Part shown: positions 7,746 through 16,660 of the stretch, in pieces
Numbering within the stretch: the first letter of the stretch is position 1
Layout: each line of letters begins with the position of its first letter
NCBI GenBank assembly: GCA_046597055.1
Contig: JBKJLC010000181.1
Location: forward strand, 1 to 16,660
Reading direction: 5' to 3'
DNA length: 16,660 nt
From: Kofleriaceae bacterium
GTDB lineage: Bacteria; Myxococcota_A; Polyangia; Haliangiales; Haliangiaceae
Notes under the pieces: model-generated
The model's database searches: none
The model's input: only the letters and a program-made list of their open reading frames with translations
What the model was told of the DNA's origin: nothing
Position numbers and translations under genes: made by a program

Positions 7746-7936
7746 ACGGGCAGCGTGGCGGCACCGGGCGGCAATGTCACCCTGGGGGGGCGGCTTCGGC
7801 CTGATGTGGTCTGGCCGCTGCGCGCACGGGGAGCATCAACTTGCGAGGCGACACGTACCCACCATGTAGGTGCCGGGGTAGCCGCGGTTACGCCGCCGAG
7901 GCCGCGGGCCCCGTGGAGACGGCCGCGCACCGCGGC

Positions 7937-8491
<555 letters not shown>

Positions 8492-8547
8492 GGTGGGAGA
8501 TGATGGCACGGGTGGACCCGGCCGACCGGTCGGGCCACCATGGGCGG

Positions 8548-9012
8548 GTGACGACCTCGACCGCCCTGTGGCAGTACCGCGCGTGGACGGCGCTCACGGT
8601 CGACGAGCTCTACCGGATCATGGCCGTGCGCCAGCGGGTCTTCGTGGTGGAGCAGGCCTGTCCGTACGCCGACGCCGACGGCTGGGATCCCCGCGCCGAT
8701 CATCTGTGGTGCGAGGACGCCGGCGCGGTGCACGCCTACCTGCGGTTGTTCGCGCCCGGCGTGAAGTACGAAGAGGCGTCGCTGGGCCGCATCGTCACCG
8801 CACCCGAGGCGCGCCGGATCGGGCTCGGCCGCCCGCTGGTCCGCGAAGGCCTGGCCCGGCTGACCGCCGCCCACGGACCGGTGCCGGTGCGGATCGGCGC
8901 GCAGCGCTACCTCGAGCGCTTCTATGGCGAGCTCGGCTTCGTCCGGGTTTCGGACGACTACCTGGAGGACGGCATTCCGCACCTCGAGATGGTGCGGGCG
9001 GGGACGCCATGA
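8548..9012 (+). CDS. elaA: ElaA-family GNAT N-acetyltransferase (~154 aa)
   Basis: LTVDELYRIMAVRQRVFVVEQACPYADADG, SLGRIVT, IGAQRYLERFY, YLEDGIPHLEM. Probable GTG start at 8548 (the track start at 8500 is an alternative). Confidence 0.9.
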   Translation: MTTSTALWQYRAWTALTVDELYRIMAVRQRVFVVEQACPYADADGWDPRADHLWCEDAGAVHAYLRLFAPGVKYEEASLGRIVTAPEARRIGLGRPLVREGLARLTAAHGPVPVRIGAQRYLERFYGELGFVRVSDDYLEDGIPHLEMVRAGTP

Positions 9013-10361
9013 CCCGGCGCGCGGCGGGGTGGGGGTGGTGCGCGGCCCTGCTGGTGGTGGCCGCCTGCGGTGGCAGCGCGGAGCGCGACGCCAGCCTGTG
9101 CGTCGGCGACTGCGAGGGCGGCGACGTCCTGTGGGCGGTGGCGGCCAGCAGCACCGGCTCGTCGCAGTTCACGCGGGTCACCGCCAACGCCTACGGCGAG
9201 CTCGCGATCGCTGGCGACTTCGTGGGATCGCTCCTCATGCTCGGCTCCATCGCGCGGCTCGGCAGCGACGGGGTGGCGCCGCTCGGCTTCGTCGCCTGGC
9301 AGCCGGTGCCGGGTAACCTGCACGACCCGGTCGCGGTGAACGACACCGGCGGCAGCGAGCTCGCCGGGATCGCCGCGGATCGCGACGGCCAGGTGCTCGC
9401 GGTGACGGTGAGCCCGACCTCGCCGGTCCACATCCAGGCCGCCGTCCTCGGCGCATACCAGAACGATGCCCAGTCGCTCCCGTATATCGCCGGGCTGTAC
9501 ACCGCCGGCACCCGGCCCGAGATCGTGCTGGCGGCCGACCGTCATGGCCGCACGATCGCGGCGATCTCGGCGGTCAACCTCGAGCGTGCGCCGATGCCGG
9601 TCATGGTCGGGCCGCGCGCGCTGATCGTGCGCCTCGACCAGGGCTTCGTCCCGACCGTGCTCGTCAGCTGGCCCGCGACCGTGATCCGCGATCTGGTGAT
9701 CGGTCCCGACGACGAGCTGGTCGTGGTCGGCGACTACACCGGGGCTCCGACCGAGCGGTTCCCGCCGTGCGCGACCCGCTGCGGCTTCGCGGCGCGGCTG
9801 GCGGCCGACGGGACCCTCGGCGTGTCGACCGGCTGGGTCACGGCGCAGCCCGGCGCCGCCGACAGCTCGCTGTCGGCGGTCGCGCTCGATGGCGCGGACC
9901 AGCTGGTGGCGCTGGGCTCGACCAGCACCGATGGCGAGGCCGCGGTGCTGGTGCGCTTCGGGTTCGACACCGGGCAGGTCGTCTCGACGCGGTCGCTCAC
10001 GACGGTCGGGACGGTGATCAGCGCGCGCGCGCTCGCGAGCGGCGCTGACCGCACCGTCTATCTCGCCGTCAGCTTCCGGGGCAGCCTCCAGCTCGGCGGC
10101 GAGCTCCTGGCGTCGGTCGCGACCGGCGATCGCCTCGAGACCGTGGTCGCCGCGCTCGCCCTCGATGGCAGCGCGGTCTGGGTCCGGCAGTTCGGCGAGA
10201 ACGGCTCGATCGAGGTCAGCGACCTGATCGTCGCCGGCGGCCGGCCGGTCGTGACCGGTCGCTACTGGGGCCGGTTCGCGCGCGGGCTTCGTGACGTCCG
10301 GCCGCCGCCGACCACGACGACCCGGTCTCCGCAGGGTTTCGCGCTGGTGCTCGCGCCCTGA
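9009..10361 (+). CDS. Lipoprotein with beta-propeller-like repeats (450 aa), function unknown
   Basis: ATG overlaps the elaA stop (ATGA); lipobox VAA-C; repeated blades such as VTANAYGELAIAGDF, IAADRDGQVLA, LVIGPDDELVVVGDY, FAARLAADG, VAALALDGSAVWVRQFG. Confidence 0.75.
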   Translation: MTRRAAGWGWCAALLVVAACGGSAERDASLCVGDCEGGDVLWAVAASSTGSSQFTRVTANAYGELAIAGDFVGSLLMLGSIARLGSDGVAPLGFVAWQPVPGNLHDPVAVNDTGGSELAGIAADRDGQVLAVTVSPTSPVHIQAAVLGAYQNDAQSLPYIAGLYTAGTRPEIVLAADRHGRTIAAISAVNLERAPMPVMVGPRALIVRLDQGFVPTVLVSWPATVIRDLVIGPDDELVVVGDYTGAPTERFPPCATRCGFAARLAADGTLGVSTGWVTAQPGAADSSLSAVALDGADQLVALGSTSTDGEAAVLVRFGFDTGQVVSTRSLTTVGTVISARALASGADRTVYLAVSFRGSLQLGGELLASVATGDRLETVVAALALDGSAVWVRQFGENGSIEVSDLIVAGGRPVVTGRYWGRFARGLRDVRPPPTTTTRSPQGFALVLAP

Positions 10362-10551
10362 CGGTGCCACTCGGTCAGTCGCACCGCGCCACGCCGAACC
10401 GGCGGGTGAGGGTCGCGATCACCCGAGACGCCACGGCGGCGTCGTGCCAACCCGGACGGCGCTGATCGCGGCCCGCTCGATCCGATCCGGGGCTTCGGGC
10501 GTATGGTGCCGAACCGGGGCGGTCAGTTCCGACCCCACGAAAGGACTTGCG

Positions 10552-11043
10552 ATGCGTATGTCTCGACTCGCGTTGGTACTGGGTCTCGGTCTCGCCGCCT
10601 GCGGCGGTTCGTCGAAGGCCGCGGAGCCCACCATGGTGAGCCCGGCCCCCCCCGAGCCCGCGGCCCCGGCGCCGCCGACCGCCAGCCTCTATGATCGCCT
10701 CGGCCAGAAGCCCGCGATCGAGGCCGTGATCGATCGGTTCATCGGCAACGTCGTCGCCGACGCCCGCATCAGCAAGTTCTTCACCCACCTCGACGCCGCC
10801 GGCGTCGCCAAGTTCCGCGGCCACCTGATCGATCAGGTGTGCGCCGCGACCGGCGGGCCGTGCACGTACACCGGCAAGGACATGATCACGGCCCACAAGG
10901 GCATGGGGATCACCGACGCCCAGTTCACCGCCCTGGTCGAGGACCTGATCGAGTCGCTCGACCACTTCGGCGTCAAGGCGCAAGAGAAGAACGAGCTCCT
11001 CGGCGCGCTTGGCGGCATGCAGCCCGACATCGTCGGCAAGTAG
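10552..11043 (+). CDS. Group I truncated hemoglobin (trHbN/GlbN-like) with lipoprotein signal (163 aa)
   Basis: SD AAGGA at 10541; lipobox LAA-C and Pro-rich tether; SLYDRLG, ADARISKFF, GGPCTYTGKDMITAHKGMGIT (proximal His F8). Confidence 0.9.
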   Translation: MRMSRLALVLGLGLAACGGSSKAAEPTMVSPAPPEPAAPAPPTASLYDRLGQKPAIEAVIDRFIGNVVADARISKFFTHLDAAGVAKFRGHLIDQVCAATGGPCTYTGKDMITAHKGMGITDAQFTALVEDLIESLDHFGVKAQEKNELLGALGGMQPDIVGK

Positions 11044-11044
11044 C

Positions 11045-11170
11045 GCTGCCCTTGCTGCGGACCCGGGCTGCTTCGTTGCCGGGCACCCCCCCACTTCCTC
11101 ACGACCAGACGGTCGCTCGTCGCGGGTCCCCCCCGTCGCCTCGCATCCCGGGTTCCTCGCTGCGGGCAGC
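11045..11170. repeat. ~126 bp imperfect palindromic element (REP/MITE-like) between convergent genes
   Basis: Terminal IR GCTGCCC...GGGCAGC; inner arms GGACCCGGG / CCCGGGTTCC; central hairpin CGACC-AGAC-GGTCG (11102-11115). Confidence 0.6.
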
Positions 11171-11177
11171 AGTCCGC

Positions 11178-12266
<1,089 letters not shown>

Positions 12267-12277
12267 GCGCGTTGTCG

Positions 12278-15175
12278 CTAATTTAGCCCAGGCTTGTCCG
12301 GCGCATCGGGTAGGGGCGGGACATCTTCGGGGCCCACGCCGGTTCCCACGCCGGCCGGGCCGGCGCTCTGACCGGTCGGATCGCGCCGGCGCAGGCTCTC
12401 GAGCAGCGGCCGGTTGCGGGGATCGGTGGCCGGCGGAGGCGCGCGTGGCGGGCGCCAGCGGACCGGACCGTGGGGCTGGGTGTCGTCGGGATCGGCCAGC
12501 TCGGCGACCACCGCGTCGTCGCGCTCGTCGTTCTGGCGCTGGTGAGCCTCGAGGCCGGCGACCAGCGGGGCCAGCTCGTCCGCGAGCCGGCGCGCGCCCG
12601 ACCGCGGCAGCTCGGTCATCAGTCGCGACGGCAGGGGTAGGTGGTGCTCGCCCGAGCCTCGGGCGACCCCCTCGAGATCGTGGCGCGGCGCCGGCCCCGG
12701 CTCGTCGTCGTCGTCGTACTCCGCCGACGCGGCTGCGATCGGGTGGAGCTGGCCCTGCGCGATCGCGACGATGGTCCGCCGCACGCTCGACTTCACCTTC
12801 GGGAACGGCGGACCGGGCCGGGCCAGGAAGAAGCCCTGGCCGTAGCGGATGCCGAGCTCGCGCAGCGCGACCAGGTCGTCGACGGTCTCGATGCCCTCGG
12901 CGACCATCACCGCGTCGATGGTGTCGGCGATGTGGCCGAGCGAGCGCAGCATCTCGCGCTTCACCGTCGAGCGGGCGACCCCGCGGGTGAGCACGTCGGA
13001 CACCTTGATGAAGTGCGGCCGCAGCGCCATCACGGTCTCGAGGTTGGAGTGGCGGGTGCCGACGTCGTCGATCGCGACGCCGAACCCCATGCTGGTGTAG
13101 GCGCCGAGCGCCCGCTTGAACGCGGTGAAGTTCTCGATCGCCAGCCGCTCGGTGATCTCGAAGACGATGTTCGACGGGGTCAGGTCGGCCGCCGACAGCA
13201 GGTTCGACACCTCGAGCTCGATGAAGCTGGCGTCGTAGAACGACATCGGCAGCAGGTTGACGAACAGGCGATGGATCGGCTCGAGGCCGGGCGCGCGCCG
13301 GAGCGCGCCGCGGAAGCACGCACGATCGAGCTCGTAGGTGAGCTCGACCTCGTCGGCGACCGCGAACAGGGTCGCCGGCGACTCCATGCGCGTGCCGCGC
13401 GGACCGCGGGTCAGCGCCTCGAAGCCGAAGATCTCGCCGGTCTCCATGTTGACGATCGGCTGGTAGACCGGGAGCAGCGCGTCGCCGAGGATGATGTCCT
13501 GCAGCACCGCCTTGTCGCGCTGGGCGGCGCGCTGCCGCGACAGCTTGGCCGCCGCGGTGGCGTCGGCGACCAGCCGCGCGACCAGTCGCTCGGGCCGCAC
13601 CATCCCGTTGGACAGGACCCGGGCCGAGCCGACGTTGACCCGCGGCTCGTCGCGCAGGAGCGCGCGTACGTCGGGCGCCAGCGCGCTCGCGACCGACTCA
13701 CCGACCGCCGCGGCCAGCCGCTCGAGATCGACCTGGCTGGCGTCGCGCGGCGACAGCAGGCACAGGTAGGCCTCCTCGTCGTTGCTGCGGCAGATGAGAT
13801 CGCCCGGGCGCAGCAGCTGGCCGCGCAGGCCGTCGAGCACCATGCCGGCCTTCTCGACCAGGGCCGCGTGCGGCGCCGCACCCTGCTCGAGCTGGATGCG
13901 GCCGAGCTGGACCAGATCGAGGTACAGGCAGCTGACCGCGCGATCGCGCTGCAGGATCGCGACGACCTCGCCCATCCGTTCGGTGTAGGGCCGGAACAGA
14001 TCGGCCGGGGCCGGCGCCGGCGCGACCACCAGCGGGGTCGGCTTGGCCTGGCCGTTGCCGGCGAGGAAGTGGACCTGGCTCTTGCCGGCCTGCTTGCCGA
14101 CCCGCAGCGCGCCCTCGGCCGCGGCCAGCAGGCTCTCGGCGCTGGCGGCGTCGTCGGGGAGCGCCGCCATCCCGATCGTGACGGTCAGGCGCTGCTGACC
14201 GGGCAGGTCGGCGGCCGAGATCGTCTCGCGCACCCGGTTGGCCTTGGCGATCGCGCCGGCCTTGGTGGTCTCGGGCAGGAGCAGCGCGAACTCCTCGCCG
14301 CCCAGGCGGGCCGCGATGTCGGAGGTGCGGGTCTGGCCCCCGTCGGCGCCGCCGATCAGCTCGCCGATGCGGCGCAGGATCTGGTCGCCGGCCTGGTAGC
14401 CGATCGCCTTGTTGACCTGGGCGAACCCGTCGACGTCGATGAGCAGGAGCGCCAGCGGCTGGCCGGCGCGCTGGGCGCGGGCGACCTCCTCGCGCAGGCG
14501 CTCCTGGAAGACGCCGTGGGTATAGAGGCCGGTCAGGGCGTCGCGAAACGACGCGACCGACAGCGCCTGGGTGACCCGCGCGAGCTCGTCGGACGCATCG
14601 TTGGCGTCGTCGCCGGCGGCGCTGCGGGCCCGTTCGAGCTGGCGATCGCGCTCGAGCAGCGAGGCCTGGGCCTCGCGCAGCTCGGCGACCAGCCGCTGGC
14701 GCTCGCGCTCCTGCTCGTGGCCGCGGGCCAGCTCGCCGATCACGGCGGTGAGCTCGGCTGGGCGCCACGGCTTGCGCACCACCTGATGCACGATCCCGGA
14801 GGCGAGCGCGGCCTGGACCGTCTCGGCGTCGGCGTAGCCGGTCACCAGCACGCGGCGAGCCTCCGGGCGGCGGGCCGCGACCCGGGTCAGCAGCTCGACA
14901 CCGTTCATCGCCGGCATCCGGAAGTCGGCGATCACGACCGCGACGTCCTGGTCGGACTCGATCGCGGCGAGCGCCGCCTCCGGCATCGCCTCGGTGCGGA
15001 CGTCGAAGCGGCGGTGCAACGCGCGATCGAGCAGGTCGAGGTTGTGCGGCTCGTCGTCGACGCAGATCACGACCGGGCGCGGGGCTTGCGCCGGGTCCGG
15101 GCGCACCGGCCCGGGCTCGCGCGGCCGGTCTGTCCGAGCCTCGGCCGCTCCCCGGTTGTCGTCGGTGACTCCCAA
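12278..15175 (-). CDS. Response-regulator diguanylate cyclase/phosphodiesterase: REC - coiled coil - GGDEF - degenerate GGDEF - EAL - acidic/Pro-rich tail (965 aa)
   Basis: REC CVDDE...VIADFRMP...VRKPW; DALTGL, IDVDGF, RTSD..RLGGEEF; second domain [50 protein letters not shown]. The TTG start is uncertain. Confidence 0.92.
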   Translation of the reverse strand: MGVTDDNRGAAEARTDRPREPGPVRPDPAQAPRPVVICVDDEPHNLDLLDRALHRRFDVRTEAMPEAALAAIESDQDVAVVIADFRMPAMNGVELLTRVAARRPEARRVLVTGYADAETVQAALASGIVHQVVRKPWRPAELTAVIGELARGHEQERERQRLVAELREAQASLLERDRQLERARSAAGDDANDASDELARVTQALSVASFRDALTGLYTHGVFQERLREEVARAQRAGQPLALLLIDVDGFAQVNKAIGYQAGDQILRRIGELIGGADGGQTRTSDIAARLGGEEFALLLPETTKAGAIAKANRVRETISAADLPGQQRLTVTIGMAALPDDAASAESLLAAAEGALRVGKQAGKSQVHFLAGNGQAKPTPLVVAPAPAPADLFRPYTERMGEVVAILQRDRAVSCLYLDLVQLGRIQLEQGAAPHAALVEKAGMVLDGLRGQLLRPGDLICRSNDEEAYLCLLSPRDASQVDLERLAAAVGESVASALAPDVRALLRDEPRVNVGSARVLSNGMVRPERLVARLVADATAAAKLSRQRAAQRDKAVLQDIILGDALLPVYQPIVNMETGEIFGFEALTRGPRGTRMESPATLFAVADEVELTYELDRACFRGALRRAPGLEPIHRLFVNLLPMSFYDASFIELEVSNLLSAADLTPSNIVFEITERLAIENFTAFKRALGAYTSMGFGVAIDDVGTRHSNLETVMALRPHFIKVSDVLTRGVARSTVKREMLRSLGHIADTIDAVMVAEGIETVDDLVALRELGIRYGQGFFLARPGPPFPKVKSSVRRTIVAIAQGQLHPIAAASAEYDDDDEPGPAPRHDLEGVARGSGEHHLPLPSRLMTELPRSGARRLADELAPLVAGLEAHQRQNDERDDAVVAELADPDDTQPHGPVRWRPPRAPPPATDPRNRPLLESLRRRDPTGQSAGPAGVGTGVGPEDVPPLPDAPDKPGLN

Positions 15176-15184
15176 CTACGATCG

Positions 15185-15190
15185 ATTATA
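15185..15190 (-). promoter_or_regulatory. Consensus -10 box TATAAT upstream of the GGDEF/EAL gene
   Basis: ATTATA on + (TATAAT on -), 9 nt upstream of TTG 15175, inside a 72 bp divergent intergenic region. Confidence 0.55.
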
Positions 15191-15247
15191 GGGGGCGTCC
15201 GGTATTGGCAGGAAGCGGATTCTGATAGTGTTGCCAGACCGAGGGGC

Positions 15248-16270
15248 ATGCGCGGAAAACGCATCTTGTTCTTCGATCCCGATCCTCGGGCTCGACGTGT
15301 TGCGGAGCGCTCGCTCGCCGCGACCGGGTCCGAGGTGCGCTCGGCGGCCGACCTCGAAGAGCTCACCACGCTGAGCGACGACGGCCATTGGGATCTCATC
15401 ATGCTGTCGTACGACCGGCCGCTGCGCGACGACTCCCGCTGGGCGGATCGCCTGGCCAACTTCGAGCTGCGCTGGCCGCAGACCAAGCTGGTCCTGCACT
15501 CGACCGCGCCGACCGAGGACTACCTGCCGCTGATGGCGTCGCGGCCGTTCCTGCGCAACATCATTGCCAAAAACGATGATCCCCTGGAGCCCGACGAGCT
15601 GATCATCACCGCCGAGAAGCTTCTGCGCGGCGAGCTGTTCGGCCTGCAGAAGTACCTGCTGTGGGGCATCGAACCCTACAAGGTCGAGATCCGCGACTCG
15701 CGCCTCAAGCAAGACTACATCCAGGAGGTCGCGTCGTACGCGCTGACCCTCGGCTGCAACGAGCGCGTGGTCGAGCTGGTCGAGACCGTGGTCGACGAGC
15801 TGGTGACCAACGCGATCTACAACGCGCCGCGGCTGCCCGGCGGCGCGGCCAAGTACGCCCGGCTGTCGCGGCGCGAGCCGGTCGCCCTGAACGACGAGGA
15901 GGTCGGCCACCTCGAGTTCGCGTGCGACGGCGACTACATCGCGATCTCGCAGGTCGATCCGTTCGGTGCGCTGACGCGCGACACGGTCGTGAGCTACCTC
16001 AACCGGTGCCTGGTGAAGGGCCCCGAGCAGCTGTCGGACGCGTCGGGCGGCGCCGGCATCGGCCTGTTCCGGGTCTTCCAGTCGCTCAGCAAGTTCATCA
16101 TCAACATCGACCCCGGCAAACGCACCGAGGTCATCTGTCTGCTCGATCTGCGGCTCACGATGAAGCGATTCCGCCAGGCTGCAAAGTCGTTCCACATCTT
16201 CATCTCGGACGGTCCCGCGCCGGCGCCCGCGTCCGCGCCGAGCGGGGAGGTGCCTGATGGCGGGTCGTAA
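15248..16270 (+). CDS. Degenerate receiver domain fused to an RsbW/SpoIIAB-like HATPase (anti-sigma/serine kinase type, 340 aa)
   Basis: GAGGGG just before ATG 15248; REC-like RILFFDPDP...WDLIMLSYD; HATPase N box [13 protein letters not shown]1 DPFG, G2 GGAGIGL, GKRTEV; no HisKA H-box. Confidence 0.8.
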   Translation: MRGKRILFFDPDPRARRVAERSLAATGSEVRSAADLEELTTLSDDGHWDLIMLSYDRPLRDDSRWADRLANFELRWPQTKLVLHSTAPTEDYLPLMASRPFLRNIIAKNDDPLEPDELIITAEKLLRGELFGLQKYLLWGIEPYKVEIRDSRLKQDYIQEVASYALTLGCNERVVELVETVVDELVTNAIYNAPRLPGGAAKYARLSRREPVALNDEEVGHLEFACDGDYIAISQVDPFGALTRDTVVSYLNRCLVKGPEQLSDASGGAGIGLFRVFQSLSKFIINIDPGKRTEVICLLDLRLTMKRFRQAAKSFHIFISDGPAPAPASAPSGEVPDGGS

Positions 16271-16660
16271 CGTCTTCACGCTCGAGGTCTCGTCGGACGC
16301 CGCCAACGACCTCGTCTCGATCCACGGCGTGATCGACGAGAGCTCGGATCTGTCGCCGATGACGCGGCTGGGCAAGCGGCCGCTGCACATCAACATGCGC
16401 GGCGTCCGGCGCATCAACTCGTACGGCGTACGGGCCTGGCTCGACGCCATCCGCGAGCTGCCGAGCACCTGCAAGCTCAGCTTCATCCACTGCCCGCCGC
16501 CCGTGGTCGACCAGTGCAACATGGTCTCCGGCTTCCTCGGCCACGGCCAGCTCGAGTCGTTCTACGCCCCGATGACCTGCATCGAGTGCGACGAGCAGAT
16601 CGACCAGCTGTTCGAGACCGCCGCGTGCCGCGCCAACGGCGGCAAGCTGCCCAAGACCCC
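16257..16660 (+). CDS. STAS (anti-anti-sigma-like) domain protein with C-terminal CxxC, truncated by window end
   Basis: Not in the ORF track. SD GGAGG at 16246-16250, ATG at 16257. Translation [32 protein letters not shown]...[19 protein letters not shown]...[15 protein letters not shown]...[15 protein letters not shown]; the frame is open to the window end. Confidence 0.85.
   Translation, partial: MAGRNVFTLEVSSDAANDLVSIHGVIDESSDLSPMTRLGKRPLHINMRGVRRINSYGVRAWLDAIRELPSTCKLSFIHCPPPVVDQCNMVSGFLGHGQLESFYAPMTCIECDEQIDQLFETAACRANGGKLPKT

Noticed and set aside
7746..7936. 191 bp intergenic region as a riboswitch or sRNA
   Set aside because: No recognisable riboswitch motif by eye; an Infernal/Rfam search would be needed.
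10362..10450. Hairpins after the propeller gene and a minus-strand TGGCACG (sigma54 -24-like)
   Set aside because: No U-tract; the -12 TTGC is poor and no minus-strand gene follows.
12267..13319. N-terminal extension of PilT (713 aa ORF)
   Set aside because: Off-frame overlap with the GGDEF/EAL gene with Arg/Pro/Ala-rich composition. PilT homology starts at MAMDK.
12641..15247. N-terminal part of the 1209 aa + strand ORF
   Set aside because: Antisense shadow of the GGDEF/EAL gene. Protein-like sequence starts at ATG 15248.

Overview
Very GC-rich bacterial chromosomal window. Gene content (many lipoproteins, CotH kinase, PilT paralog, STAS/Zn-ribbon protein) suggests Myxococcota, which is an inference. 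It holds about 14 real CDSs. Several long ORFs in the supplied track are spurious upstream extensions of shorter real genes, and the last gene (STAS, from 16257) is missing from the track. Left to right: a structured direct-repeat cluster (58-258); CotH-kinase lipoprotein; a translationally coupled outer-membrane barrel + small mono-heme cytochrome c behind a perfect Fur-box-like palindrome; cysteine synthase; a coupled pair of large uncharacterised CxxCH lipoproteins (cytochrome c + beta-propeller; PPC-like + C-terminal CxxCH); LOG-family protein; ElaA GNAT + propeller lipoprotein; lipoprotein group I truncated hemoglobin; a ~126 bp palindromic element; PilT/PilU ATPase directly downstream of a REC-GGDEF-GGDEF*-EAL protein; and a divergent pseudo-receiver/RsbW-like kinase + STAS partner-switching pair. 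The best candidates for an undescribed system are the two-gene heme-lipoprotein operon (4264-7745) and the putatively iron-regulated porin-cytochrome pair (1982-3117).
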